A DNA stretch of 64,000 nucleotides. Source: Eledone cirrhosa. Taxonomy: Eukaryota. Location: positions 25,110,001 to 25,174,000 of the forward strand of contig OZ024746.1 in assembly GCA_964016885.1 (NCBI GenBank), given 5' to 3'. Shown piece by piece: positions 1 to 15,324 of this stretch (position 1 is its first letter; the number at the start of each line of letters is the position of its first letter). Made by a program: the position numbers and the translations under genes. The notes under the pieces are model-generated. The model was given only the letters and a program-made list of their open reading frames with translations. It was not told the origin of the DNA and made no database searches.

Positions 1-600
1 ATCATTGTACATCCTGTAATGGCTTTATATTTTGCATTTTTTTTGTTCAGGAACGGCGTGGCAGCCGCTTAAATATTCGAAAATACCACCTTTTCGTTTA
101 CATTTCGGCCTTTTTGGCTCTAGCTCCCACATTTTTCAACCGATTTCGTTCAAATTCGAAACTCCCTCCCCCAGCATGCCCCTTCGTCAGTTACCTGCGT
201 TTCTCAGTGATAGAGGTCATCACCACCATCCCCCGCATGGCCTGTGTGTGGGCATAGATGAGTCATCGAGAAGCAGTCGCTAAGATCAACACCTTTTCAT
301 CAAAGCAGATATTATTTTACCTACCCAAGCAACGCTGGGTACTGGATACCTATGAAAGTTATACTATGTATAAATACATATATATATTTTATTTTACTAT
401 ATTTATATATAATATGTATCATTTGATATTCAATATACTATTATATCATATGCATACAATACGATAATATTATTATAAATAATAAATTCATGGTGTCCCT
501 CAATCCACCACCAAAAAAGAGACTTTCCTACATGCGCAAATATATTCTTACTCAATAGAATAATGCACAAATTTACAACACATATTGGTGAAGTCAATAA

Positions 601-1196
601 TCTATATATCTAAAACAGAGAATGTCTGTCTGTCAGCTTCCTAAAACTCGAGAACCACCCAACCGATTGTTTTCAAACTTTACACATGTAATACGTATGG
701 TCCTGTGAGTGTTTTGAGAAAAAAATTTCAAATTTTCAATGTCCTAGGGACTACATTAGGCGATTTAGCGATCTCTCTCTATAATTCTTGGTCTTTCTTT
801 TTAGATAGATACATAGATATAACGTTGCGCCCTTATAATATCTGTCTGTATGTCTGGCTGTCTGCATTACGACATTATGACGCTGTGTGTGTATATATAT
901 ATATAGTGTGTCACGTTTTTCGAAATATTTACTTCTGCGTTCACAGATTGATTTTTTTAGTTTCAGAAGATCCCGTTAAGGGTGAAAGCAGCGATTCTTT
1001 GTTTAAACTTTAATCTGTTATTTTAATATATATATATATATATATAATTATATATTCGTGTACAGATATTTTTGCATACACGATAACAAAATATGAACAA
1101 ACGTATTTATATCACGAGGCTCGATAAGGATAAATATATATCAAATGTATAAGAACCCTAGAGCAAATCCCGAGCAACGCCGGGCCATTCTGCTAG
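601..1196 (+). mobile_element. Non-autonomous Helitron
   Basis: 5' end A|TCTATATATCTAAAA; 3' GC hairpin cccgagcaacgccggg then CTAG|T. Confidence 0.8.
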
Positions 1197-4100
1197 TATA
1201 CCACTAAAACAGACTGTCCAGATAGGTTTTTAGGGAGGGGCTCAATGAGAAGGGTGAGTTTAGTGAAATGAAAATAACCTCACAATCTCAGACTGAATTG
1301 TTCTAAGAATAACAGTCTCTCCATTCCTCCAAATGCCCCCTTAGGCCCCAGTGCCCCCCCCCCCCGGATCTTCTCAATGTACCGGGAGGGGGCAGCACGC
1401 CCACTTTGAGAACCTTTGATGTAGAGTGTATATAATATTAACATACAAGGGTAGGCTAAAAAGTTCATAAGCTGACTAGGAAGGAATGATGCCTGGTGCT
1501 GTGCAATCTTGTATGCATTAATTTCAACTCTTCTTATTAATAACTGTATTGTTTGTTTCCAGGAACTATGCTGAAAAATAAACTCTCTCAAGTGGTAGTA
1601 CTAGTACTACAATAAAATGTGCTCAATACTAGTTGAGCCTGTCTAGTCTCAAAATGTGATCAGCAGGTGGTGATATTAAGTTAGACATGGTCTTGGCCAA
1701 TACTGGCCAAAAACCTATCAAAGTTATCAAAGTTAGTTATAGTCCAAGCCATTCCAACATGGAAAACAGATGTAAAAATGGTGATGATGATAAAGTTTTA
1801 TGCTGTTGTTTTTATTTTTAATTAAACTGGAAGGGCATCCACGCCGAAATACAGTTTCGTATGAATACGACGTGGTATCTGGACTAGACTTGTCTCATAA
1901 CATGACAACCTGTCTAACCCATGCAAGCATGGAAAGTGAATGTTAAATGATAATGATGATTACTAAATTTAAATTCTCACTTAATTATTCTTCATATTTG
2001 CATCCTTTCTTAGTTTAATGTACAAGTATTTCTGTAAATTCATTCAAATCTTGAAAAAAAAAAAATGTGTGAACATACTCTTTTACTGGTTTCAACCTTT
2101 AAGGGACTTAATTGATCACATCAACCTCAGTACTTTTACATTTTTTCAAGTGTCATACTTATTTTATTAAATTCCTTTTGTTAAGTTATGGGACATAAAT
2201 AGAGACATTATGGTGGCGGTGGTGGTGAAGATGGTGATGTTGGTGGTGATGATAATAGCGGTGGGCTTCTGGCATGAGCTGGATGGGTCATTACAGCTCC
2301 AGTTAGGTCTTATTGGGAATCACTACTCCTCTTGACATCGGTTTTACAGCTGGATGCTCTTTTTAATATCAACCACTTTACTGAGTGCACAGCACCAATA
2401 TGTTTATGTGTATGTGTGAATGAATAAATGCATGTTTGTATGAATGTATGTGTGCATGAAAATAAGTGTGTGTATGTGAATATACATATGTGTGTGTGTG
2501 TATGTGTATGTATGTGTGCTCATTACATGCATCTGTGCATGTATGTACATATGTATGAGTATATGTGTACATGTGTATGGGTATGTTTTTGTGTGTGTAC
2601 ATGTGTTAGTGTATGTATGTGTTTGTGTATGTATGTATGTGTTTGTTTATGTATGTATATATATGTATGTTTGTGCTCCCAATCTATTGCCATTGTGTGT
2701 TACTAAGAACTAGTTTCTATTAATGAATCATCAAGGATAAACTAACATCATGTGAGTTAACTTAGTTTGGGAGTCGAAGAAGTGTTTAAGTAGTGAGTCA
2801 ACCTGCTTGAAATATAAGTCAAATCTGCAAATCCCATCTACCGTCTTAAAAAATAAGAGGAAACATTAAATAATATTGTTCTAGATATCTCTAAAAGACA
2901 GGATGGTCATAGCTCTAACAAGTTTGACCTGGTGTTAACAATAATAATATAAACCCTGATAGATGTGTCACAGATTAGCAGTTTACTGTTCAATAAATTG
3001 ATTTCTTATAGTCACAAACCTAACTTAACCCTTTGATATTTATCTTAATTTATACAAGTCACTTTCATCGTTACACCAAGTTGAACTGAATTATAAAATA
3101 AGCCCAAGCTAGAGCTAATAGCTTCTCAATTCTGGGACCAGTGGAATCGTCCAGGTTCAATGGGAAGGCACTCCATAGGCTTAATTTTTACTCTTGGGCT
3201 AAAGACAGATACCTCAAATAGGACTAATAATATAACCAACTTTCTCATATTATAACAGAGAATACTGGTGTTTGCTGTCTAAAAATGTTTGAAGCAATCA
3301 AAACACTCGCGGCATTACAACGGGTGTATTTAAGTGAAATGAAAATCATCCCCTCTCTTTCTTCCGTGGTCTAATAGTTTTTGCTTTTCCCTTCTTTTTC
3401 CTCTCATTTATGGCATTTATAGCCCTTTCCTCTACTTTCCTAGACAGCTAGACCTGCACTTCTTTACCACTTCTCTCCTCTGTTCGTTGCTTGGTTTTTC
3501 TTTTTACTCCCCTTTTTTTCATATTTCCATCAATATTTGTAATGTTATACAACTGTGAATAAAAACAGTCTAAGTTTAAAGCTTCCTATACATTCAAAAA
3601 ATAAAATAAAATAAAACAATGTATTGGAATGGGTTCGAAGTTGGCTCGCTGACAGTTTCACTTATTTACTGAAAGCATCTCGCTAACTACCAAGCCCTTA
3701 CTCAACATAGGAGGTTAACTATTATTCAAGAACAGTTTAGCGCATTTTCATATGTGTGTAATAGAGAAAGACTTAGAGATAACATAAATGCATTAGTGTT
3801 GGAAAACAAAGTCCGGATGTTTCATTGTTTTAAAACTTGTTTCCACTCCTAAATTACAAGAGGAAATTCCTTGATTAACTTCCTAAAACACAAACGACTC
3901 TGGATTAATTCCAGAAACGTCAACGATTTGTTTATAAACCGATTAAATTCAGCAAATTATAATAAAAAATAATACACGCAACAAACTGAGAGAAGAAAAG
4001 GGGAGAAGGGAGGAGAAGCAAGTAGTGGGAGCGGAAAGAAAGGAGGTGAGATAGACAGAGGGAAAGATCGATATTATCGACAAAGAGCGTAGTGGAACTC

Positions 4101-4340
4101 CAAATAGATATAAATAAAACAAGGCTTATATCGATAACAATAATGGAAATGATAAAAAACTAAAAATATTTACAGCTGAGAGATTCTGTCAGAGATTGGG
4201 CAGGCTTGCCTCTTACGGAACCACTGATTTGACAGTAAGGTGGCAATGACATTTATTAACTTCGCACTGGTTTGTTTATAATTGGATCAAATCTCATGTT
4301 TCAAAGTTCACATGGATAATGGAGGGGGGGGGGGACAGAT

Positions 4341-4376
<36 letters not shown>

Positions 4377-4787
4377 AAATGAAATGAAAAATATACATAT
4401 ACTTTTACAGGTTTCAGTCATTAGATTGCGGTTGTGCTGGAGCACTGCTTTGAAGGGATTTAGTCGATGCTTTCGACCCCAGCTTAGTACGCATTTTATC
4501 GATCGCTTTTTTGCCAAACCATTAAGTTGCGGAATATGTACAGGCACAAACGTAAACACAGACCTAGACACATACACACAAGACGGGCTTCTGCAGTTTC
4601 CGTCTACCATATTTCACTCACAAAGCATATATATATATATATATATATATAGTTATATAATAAACAACATAAAGCAATTATTTCGTAAATGAAATAATTG
4701 CCTTATGTTGTTTATTACATAACTATTAAGCTCTGTTACCTACATAGAGCACTCTTTTTTCCTGGACTTTTCCGACGGAATTACTTC

Positions 4788-4852
<65 letters not shown>

Positions 4853-4982
4853 AGATATTTAATTTGTTGGAAATCCAACAAATATAGATGTTAACAACTG
4901 ATTCAAAGCACTCGACAGATTTTCTGGAGTAAGTATTCAATTGATATTAAATAAATGGAAAGTATATTTATAAAACCATATT

Positions 4983-5044
4983 TATTCTATTATATATATT
5001 TCAAGGGTACCAAAAATGTTGGTACACTATCATCAGATAAAATA
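4983..5044 (-). ncRNA. Minimal hammerhead, second family
   Basis: Reverse complement: tattttat-CTGATGA-tagtgtaccaa..ttggtaccctt-GAAA-tatatATA|atagaata. Confidence 0.55.
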
Positions 5045-5248
5045 CAAAATGTTTTATAAATATTTGACATGACCAAGGATGATATACCTTAACGGTTCAA
5101 GTTATCCTTGGATAACTTGAAGCGTTAAGGTATATCATCTATTTAATATCAATTATATATATATATAACGAAGGAAATGTGGTAAGGAACCAGGTGGACC
5201 ATAACGCACCAAAGTACTCAATACTTGAGGTAGTAGAGTGGGTAATAG

Positions 5249-5351
5249 GAACCAGTAAGACCCCGACAGCTGAGCTCAAGCCGTTTCGACGGCTAATTCC
5301 AGAATTAGCCGTCGAAACGGCTTGAGCTCAGCTGTCGGGGTCTTACTGGTT

Positions 5352-5352
<1 letters not shown>
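5249..5352. repeat. Perfect palindrome, 51-bp arms, 2-nt loop
   Basis: gaaccagtaagacc...gctaattc CA gaattagc...ggtcttactggttc. Confidence 0.9.
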
Positions 5353-5416
<64 letters not shown>

Positions 5417-6261
5417 ATATGCTGTTGACGGACCGAGAATGAGTATTCAATAGAGAAGTAGAGTTTAATAATGTTTTCTACTATAAGGACAACGCCAGTA
5501 ATTTTGGGGAGGGAAAAGTCGATTAAATCGACCCCAGTGCATTACTGGTCCTTTATTTTATCGACCCCGGAAGGATGAAAGGTAGAGTTTAATAATATTT
5601 CGCCGTCAGATAGCTCGAGACACGATCATTGTATGGATCTGTCTGATTCTAGATCTGCAGGTTCTTCGGACACATGCAATACTTTATACATAAATATATA
5701 AATATAATATATATTTATATATATATTTATATATATATTTATATAGTAGAACGATCGAGAATCGGAATATCGGCCCACGAAATCACGATAAACAATATCC
5801 GACATGTGTGGCAGAGGGCTCAATAGTTTGGAAAAACCAGAGCTATAACTATCGTTAAAATACCAACACACAGGGATCATGCCTAAAATCACCCGTGCAG
5901 CCGAAATATTTATATATATATATTTATATATATATTTATATATATATATGCAATCAAAAGGTTGTGAGTTCAATTATCAGACCGGGTGATGTGTTGTTTC
6001 CTTGAGCAAGACACTTTATTTCACATTGCTCCAGTTTACTCAGCTGTAGAAATGAGATGATAGGGACTGGGGTCTATATCATTCCACTGCAAAGTGGTCG
6101 TGGAGGTGCCACGGCAAAAACGAACTCAGCACTCACTGTAAATGAGGTTGGTGTTAGAAAGGGCATCCAGCTGTAGAAATCAAGCCAGAATCAGTTCCCG
6201 TCCCACCCTTGCAAGCAGGGAAAAAGCGAACGTAAAATGAAATGATGATGATGATGATATA

Positions 6262-6303
<42 letters not shown>

Positions 6304-6386
6304 AATTTATTATTAGAGATTCCAACCAGAATGGTTGCATTTTTTAAGGGTATGTCAATATTTACTTATAAAACTAACCTATATTA

Positions 6387-6452
6387 TATTTTATCTGATG
6401 AAAGCACACCATAGTTTACTCTGGTGGCCCTTGAAATATGTATAATGAAATA
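6387..6452 (+). ncRNA. Minimal hammerhead, second family (stem II degraded)
   Basis: tattttat-CTGATGA...GAAA-tatgtATA|atgaaata. Confidence 0.55.
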
Positions 6453-6778
6453 AATATGGTTTTATAAATATAGTTTCCATTTGTTAATATATTGTATATT
6501 TACTCCAATAATTTGTTGAGTGCTTTATATCAGTTATAAAAATATTGTGCTTGTTGTATCCCAACAAATTAAATATAACCTTTACATATATATATTTATA
6601 TATATATATTTATATATATATTTATATATATATATATTTATATATATGTGTAAATATATGTGTAAATATGTAAATGAAGTAATTCCGTCGGAAAAGTCCA
6701 GGAAAAAAGAGTGCTCTATGTAGGTAACAGAGCTTAATAGTTAAATATAGTTATGTAATAAACAACATAAGGCAATTA

Positions 6779-6839
6779 TTTCATTTACCAGTGGTTTCTT
6801 AAAAGCAAAAAAATTTTGCTTTCAATCATCAGAATGAAA
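6779..6839 (-). ncRNA. Type I hammerhead ribozyme motif (mirror copy in the same palindrome)
   Basis: Near-exact reverse complement of 6902-6961. Confidence 0.75.
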
Positions 6840-6901
6840 AAATCCTGGTGTATTTATTGGCGTTGGATTTTAATCCAACGCCAATAAATACACCAGGATT
6901 T

Positions 6902-6961
6902 TTTCATTCTGATGATTGAAAGCAAATTTTTTTGCTTTTAAGAAACCACTGGTAAATGAAA
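6902..6961 (+). ncRNA. Type I hammerhead ribozyme motif (intact)
   Basis: tttcatt-CTGATGA-[ttgaaagcaaa/tttgcttttaa stem II]-GAAA-cca c tgg-TA|aatgaaa. Stems I, II and III pair; GUA cleavage triplet. Confidence 0.8.
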
Positions 6962-6989
6962 TAATTGCCTTATGTTGTTTACTACATAA

Positions 6990-9178
<2,189 letters not shown>

Positions 9179-10864
9179 GGAACGAATGGACTAAATGAAA
9201 ATTTTTATCCTGGTATATATATATCCTGGTATTTAGCGGTCGAAACGGCTTGAGCTCAGCCGTCGGGGTCCTACTCGTTCCTATTACTCACTCTACTACC
9301 CTGAATACTTTGATGCGTTATGGTCCACCTGGTTCCTTACCACATTTCCTTCGTTATATATATATATATATATATATTTATTTATTTATATATATATATA
9401 TTTATTTATATATATATATGTACTGCCTCTGTTTTGTTCCCGTTCCATTTTTATCTATATATATATATATATATAATGAAAAATGGAACGGGAACAAAAC
9501 AGAGGCAGTACATATATATATATATAAAAGGATATGTGTAGTCGTTAAGTACCGAAAAACAACATGCGAGTCTTTAAAACATGCGACTCGGCGGTATACG
9601 CTGCCGAGAATGATATTTTATATAAGTACATTTGATTTAAAAGTAGCATGCAGCAAAATACATTATGATTATTAATGCAGAATAAGATAAGAATTTTCTT
9701 AAGAAAAATAAAACTCATATCTAGTAGCTTTCAAACATCTTGAGGTTAGATAACAGATTTTATCGTTTCTAATGTATAGGAATGAATGTCTCTAGAGGTG
9801 AGTGCGTGCGAGTGTATGTATGTGCGCGTATGTTTGAGTGTTTTTTTTTAAAACATTATTTTTCTTCTATGTATATATACGAGTATCAATGCGATATATA
9901 TATAGACACATTGTGGAACGATGTGACATTTACATCGTTCTCAAATGTACAACGGCGTGAATGAAATGATAATAACCGAGCTGAACAGCTGACAAGATTC
10001 TTGTCATTGCTGGCAGGTCATCTTACTCAAGTATCAAGTAGTACTCATGAGGGTACTTGGCTATTCCAGCGTTATCCTCATTATTGCCTAACATTATTGT
10101 AATATTGGGTGATGCTCATGAGAGTACTTGGCTATTTCTGCACCTTAGACTCGCTAACACCCCAAGCAATACTTGGTTTGCCTCAAAATTTTTAGACCAA
10201 CATTCCCTGTTAATTTCTATTGATTTGTTTCTTTTGTAAATCATATTCATCATATAGTGTGTTTATGTGTAAATATTATTACACCGGTTTATCGGTTCAA
10301 CCCGCCGGTAACCTATCTGTACAATTCAGCACTAACTGAGGCGAATTTCTGGTTCTTTAATAAAGACATGTTATCATAACCCAACATCTCTATATTTAGA
10401 AAGATGTTATATTTTGCAAAGTAAGAATATAGCCATATTAAATAGACACATACCTTTTTTCGTTGTTTAAAAATCTATTTTTCGAGTACAAGTAAAAAAA
10501 AAATATATATATAAAACAGCTTGATATAGATGAGTTCTGGCAGTCGTCTGGTTATTCCGAATATTTATTGGAGTTTTCTGGAGCAATATTCAACTGTTGG
10601 GGAACAGTAAATCTCATTTCCTCAAGGAACGACCGGACAACTTGTTTACATGATGACGAGGTCACCGAGACAGCGTGGAATCTATGTAAGGGAGACAACC
10701 AGGGAAATCAAGTGGAAATAATTCATGTTCAAATTTCTCATTTCACACACTCATTTCTTCTTTTTTTTTTAATCTTTCTTTCATTCTTTAAATAAGTCAT
10801 GGAGAAGAGGCAGTGCCCTTGACCTTTACAGGACCGCCTTGACTAGAAAGGTGAACGCAGCTTT

Positions 10865-11249
10865 CAGGGTCGGCGCTACCAATTAAGGCTAACTAGACAA
10901 CTGCCCAAGATGTAGAACTTTGGGAGGCGCATTACTAAACCTTAAAGGTTGAAAATTTGAATTATTAGATTAGATATATAATTTCCTGCGACCAAAAAAT
11001 AGATCGTGAAACATTTTTGACGCATAGCGTTGTAGAGAGGCGTGTCACATGATCTGGCGTGGTTGAGTGTGGACTGTGTAATGGAAAATGCATGCAAGTA
11101 ATTTTCTTTATTTTTTTCAGGGTAAGAAGTGTCAAAAACTATGTTTGTTAGCTTACCAAACTGTAGATTGAAATTATTTTATTTAGGAGAATGGGGCGCA
11201 AATTGTAGCGTTAGCCTAGGGTACTGAATACCCATGCGCGCTGGCCCTG
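10865..11249. mobile_element. Probable hAT-like MITE
   Basis: TIRs cagggtcggcgc / gcgctggccctg; TSD not clear. Confidence 0.5.
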
Positions 11250-11339
11250 CCCGTTTTAAATAGCCTGCAGATCAATATTTCCATGAACCATGGAGGTGAA
11301 AGACGATAGCAAAGTTTGCAACAGGATTAAGGATATAAT

Positions 11340-11520
11340 TGTTTCTACTTTAGGCACAAGGCCAGCAATTACCCAGTGCATTACTGGTACTTTATTTTAT
11401 CGACCCCGTAAGGATGAAAGGCAAAGTCAACCTCGGCGGGATTTGAACTCAGATCGTAAAGGGACGTAACTATGCTGGAAAGCATGGCGTCCGACCCTCT
11501 ACCGATACTGCCATTCCACC
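11340..11520 (-). mobile_element. Young tRNA-derived SINE, family A
   Basis: 14-bp TSD attaaggatataat; B-box-like gagttcaaatc; core gcctttcatccttacggggtcgataaaataaagtaccag shared with many copies. Confidence 0.85.
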
Positions 11521-12154
11521 ATTAAGGATATAATGGATTAAGGATATAATGGATGTAGATTATCTTATTATCTTATTAAGCTCTTTTCAAAACTGATTTA
11601 CAATTTCACGTTTAATGTATTAATATTAAAAAAATAATAAAATTATTCAATTGAATTAGTAACTTTGCCTTATTGTTTGACTGCAGAAAATAATCTAATG
11701 ATTTCTGATTTAGGCACAAGGACAATACTTTACGTCGATGAAATCGCCCCAGTGCATTACTAGTGCTTTATTTATCGACCTCATAAGGATGAAACGCAAT
11801 GCTAACTTCAGCAGGATTTGAACTCAGAACATAAAGGGCCATAACTAAATACTGCAAAGCATTTTGTCCAATGCTCTAACGATTCTGCCAATCCACTACC
11901 CTCCAATAATAACAGAACGTATAAACCCCTAGATTGGAAAAATAATAAGAGGCATGGGTTCCATTCCCATGTACACTAATGTCCATTTTCACATTCTATC
12001 GTCTGATACATTTTATTATTATTAGATAATTTTGTGAAGTCAAAAAATATGGCAAAGTTACCAGTTCAACTCAGTTTCCAAATTATACTGCCAGCTTATC
12101 ACAAGATGTTTACATAAAGTTATTTTATTGATTACTATAATGCATGTAGTGCTG

Positions 12155-12520
12155 GTGAATACACCCAGTGCATTTTATAAAGTGGTAGTGTTGGTTCCAC
12201 GATAAAATACACCTAGTACATTCTGTAAAATGGTAATAGTAGTACCACAATAAAATGCACCCAGTACACTCTATAAAGTAGTAGTGTTGTTGCCTCAATA
12301 AAATGTATTCAGTACACTCTGTAAAGCAGTAGTGCTGCTGCCATGATAAAATGCACCCAGTCTACTCAGTAAAGTGGTAGTTTTGGTGCCACAATAAAAT
12401 ACAATCAATACATTCTGTAAGGTGGTAGTGTTGATGTCACAATATAATGCAACCAGTACACTTTGTAAAGTGATAGTGCTGATGCCATGATAAAATGCAC
12501 CCATCACACACTGTAAAGTC
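12155..12520 (+). repeat. 48-bp minisatellite, about 8 copies, amplified from a SINE internal segment
   Basis: taaaatgcacccagtacactc-like unit at 12203, 12251, 12299, 12347, 12395, 12443 and 12491. Confidence 0.85.
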
Positions 12521-12857
12521 ATGGGCATTAAGAAGGCTATCCAGCCATAACAACAATGCCAAAATGGAATGTATAAGCAAGAAATGGTCATCTGACTTAT
12601 CTAGTCTCAGAGTGTGACAACCTGTCCAATCTATGCATGCATGGAATATAGACATAAAATGGTGGTGGTGGTGATGATGTCTTTTTTTTTTACTCTGTAA
12701 CATATATATATTATTTTTTAATGTTAATTTTTTTTTTTTACAGTTTATCAGAGATGGAAAGGCAGTGCCCATGTCTCTTTAATTTCCAGGGCCTCCAAGA
12801 ACAGAGAAGTTATCCACAAACCCCAAACCTAACCTGAATGTTTGAAACAGAGTGGAC

Positions 12858-13217
12858 CAGGGTAGAATTTACCTATTTGTGGGCCCTAACCAAAATCATC
12901 AGTGGGCGCCCAAATTTACAGAAATGTTGGCATGTTTCAATATCCAATATATATATTTTTTTTACTGTAATTTTTTTACGCTGGCCAAATGTCAACAAAT
13001 ACTACATAATATCATAATATTAAAATGTAAGAATATGAATTTCAAGACATCATTACATTTAATCAAGTTAGTTTTATATCGTGTACATGTTATATATGGG
13101 AATAATGAAAGAAATGCAATATATGCTGGCATGCAACAAATTAGTTTCTATGGGCTTCCAGATACCTGTGGGCTCTAGGCCAATGGCCTGCTATGCCTGT
13201 CGATAAATCCATCTCTG
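12858..13217. mobile_element. hAT-type MITE
   Basis: Imperfect CAG..CTG terminal inverted repeats with exact 8-bp TSD GAGTGGAC. Confidence 0.7.
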
Positions 13218-15247
13218 GAGTGGACCCTACTAAAATCACCCAAGGTACCAGGGTGGTGTTAAACTGAGCAATAGATTAAGTTTGCTTCCCAAGAATTCAG
13301 AATACAAAGAGCCAAAAGAATCACTGCCAGGTATCTCATGTGAAGGTCTAACAATTCCACCAATTCACCCTAGACCTATATTCTATTTTATTGACCCCGC
13401 CAACAGATAAATAACAAAGTTGGCTTCAGCGATTTAAAAAAAAATCATATTTATTGACTTATATATGAGTATATATGGTAAATCAAATACACTCCAGAAA
13501 TAAGGATGTATTGAGAAGTGTAATGGCTATCAAAAGGTATAATGTAGAGAGGACTTGTAAGTCATGTCAGACAATCTTTTAGTGCTGATGGTATGATAAA
13601 ATGCACCCAGTCAATGTTATGAAGTGGTTGGTGATAGGAAGAGCATCCAGTCAGAAATTGTTGTGACTACACCAGCCTGCACACGTAACTAGTCCTCCGA
13701 TCAAATTTCTATGCAGTAGAGCAGCATTCATTGCCTACGCTACACTCCATTCTTTTCTTTTGAAAAATTGTCCTCACTATGAAATATTATGAAATATAAT
13801 GTGAAACTGTTTTTCTTTCTTTACATTAGTTTTCATTTTTGTGTTTCTAATTTGCATTGTGTTGGCTTCACCAACACAATCATAACCACACACATACACG
13901 CACCGAACAGCTGATTTTATTGCAGTTATCTGTCTTGCTTTTTGTCTTTAAATTTTAAATATTTCATAGTGTGACATTTTGTCTCTTGACTTTAAATTTT
14001 CCAATTCATTATATTACAAGTATATGACCATATCATTGTGTAAAGGCACATGGCTTTGTGGTTAGGGTGTTTGGCTGACATTTGTAAGGCCATGAGTTCA
14101 ATTCTCATACCAAGATGTGTCCTAGAGCAAGACACTTTATTTTCATATTGCTCCAATCCACTTAGCTAGCAAAAATGAGTCGTACCTGTAATTCAAGGGG
14201 CTAACCTTGTCACAGATTGTGCCATGATGAATCTCCCAGAGAACTACATTAAAAGTGCGGATGCTTGTGGAATTTGAAGCTGTTACATGTTAATATCATG
14301 AGTCAGCTGTTCTATTGATTAAATCAACCAGAGCACTCCTCATTGGAAACGATGGACATCCAACAAAACCATATCATACTTTCTGTGACATCCTACAATG
14401 TTCACTCCTGTGTAGTGGAGTCCATTCTGTTGCAAGTAATCAAGCTAGATCTCCAATCCTGGAGGTCCTGAAAATAGCCATGGACATTGTCCTGACTAAA
14501 TAGTAAATGTAAAAGTATATTTTTTAAAAAGAGCTGATATCCATCTTTTCAATGAAAGATTAAAGATAAACGGGAAATAAAATTTTAAATATTTGTAAAA
14601 CAAAATTCCAATGATACATTTCAACTACGTAATCATTTTTGCACATAATTTGCTCATAATTAATTTGTTTCATCATTTATTTTTCTGTAGGAACTATATA
14701 CATGTATATCTGTGTGAATGTATGTGTGTATGTATGTATGTGTGTGGTGTGTGTGCGTATAATATATTTACACACATATATATATATATATACTCCTTTA
14801 TTATGGCTAAGTAGTGAGTCTTGTTACTCTAGAGTTTCACCTGTGTTACTCCAGAGTAGCCATAATAAAGGAATATTTAAACTATACTTTACTATTAAGT
14901 ACTCTTTTCTCTCATCAGTCAACTACATATGGATATATATATATATATATATATGATGTATTCATTGGGTTTTAGTTGTAATCCCAAGATGGATGAACTT
15001 TTAAGAAGTTTGCTTCACAATATTAAAGTTCTGGATTTAGTACCCACCCTATGGTATCTTGGGCAAATGTTTCTTAATGTAGCCTTGAGTTGGATAGGTG
15101 CCAAGGTATTCAGCACCCCTTTCTTCCTTTCGGTTAACCCTTTCTTCCTTTTGGAGAGTGTATGAGTTAGCACATATACAATCTCTATATTATTCACTCA
15201 TTCAAACAAACATTTTCTGTATACCAACACACTACACACACTCACAA

Positions 15248-15324
15248 GAAGAAGAAGAAGAAGAAGAAGAAGAAGAAGAAGAAGAAGAAGAAGAAGAAGA
15301 AGAAGAAGAAGAAGAAGAAGAAGA
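15248..15324 (+). repeat. (GAA)n microsatellite
   Basis: About 25 perfect units. Confidence 0.95.

Noticed and set aside
12155-12520. CRISPR-like array (also considered for 37066-37386)
   Set aside because: Head-to-tail tandem units with no unique spacers, eukaryotic context and no cas genes.
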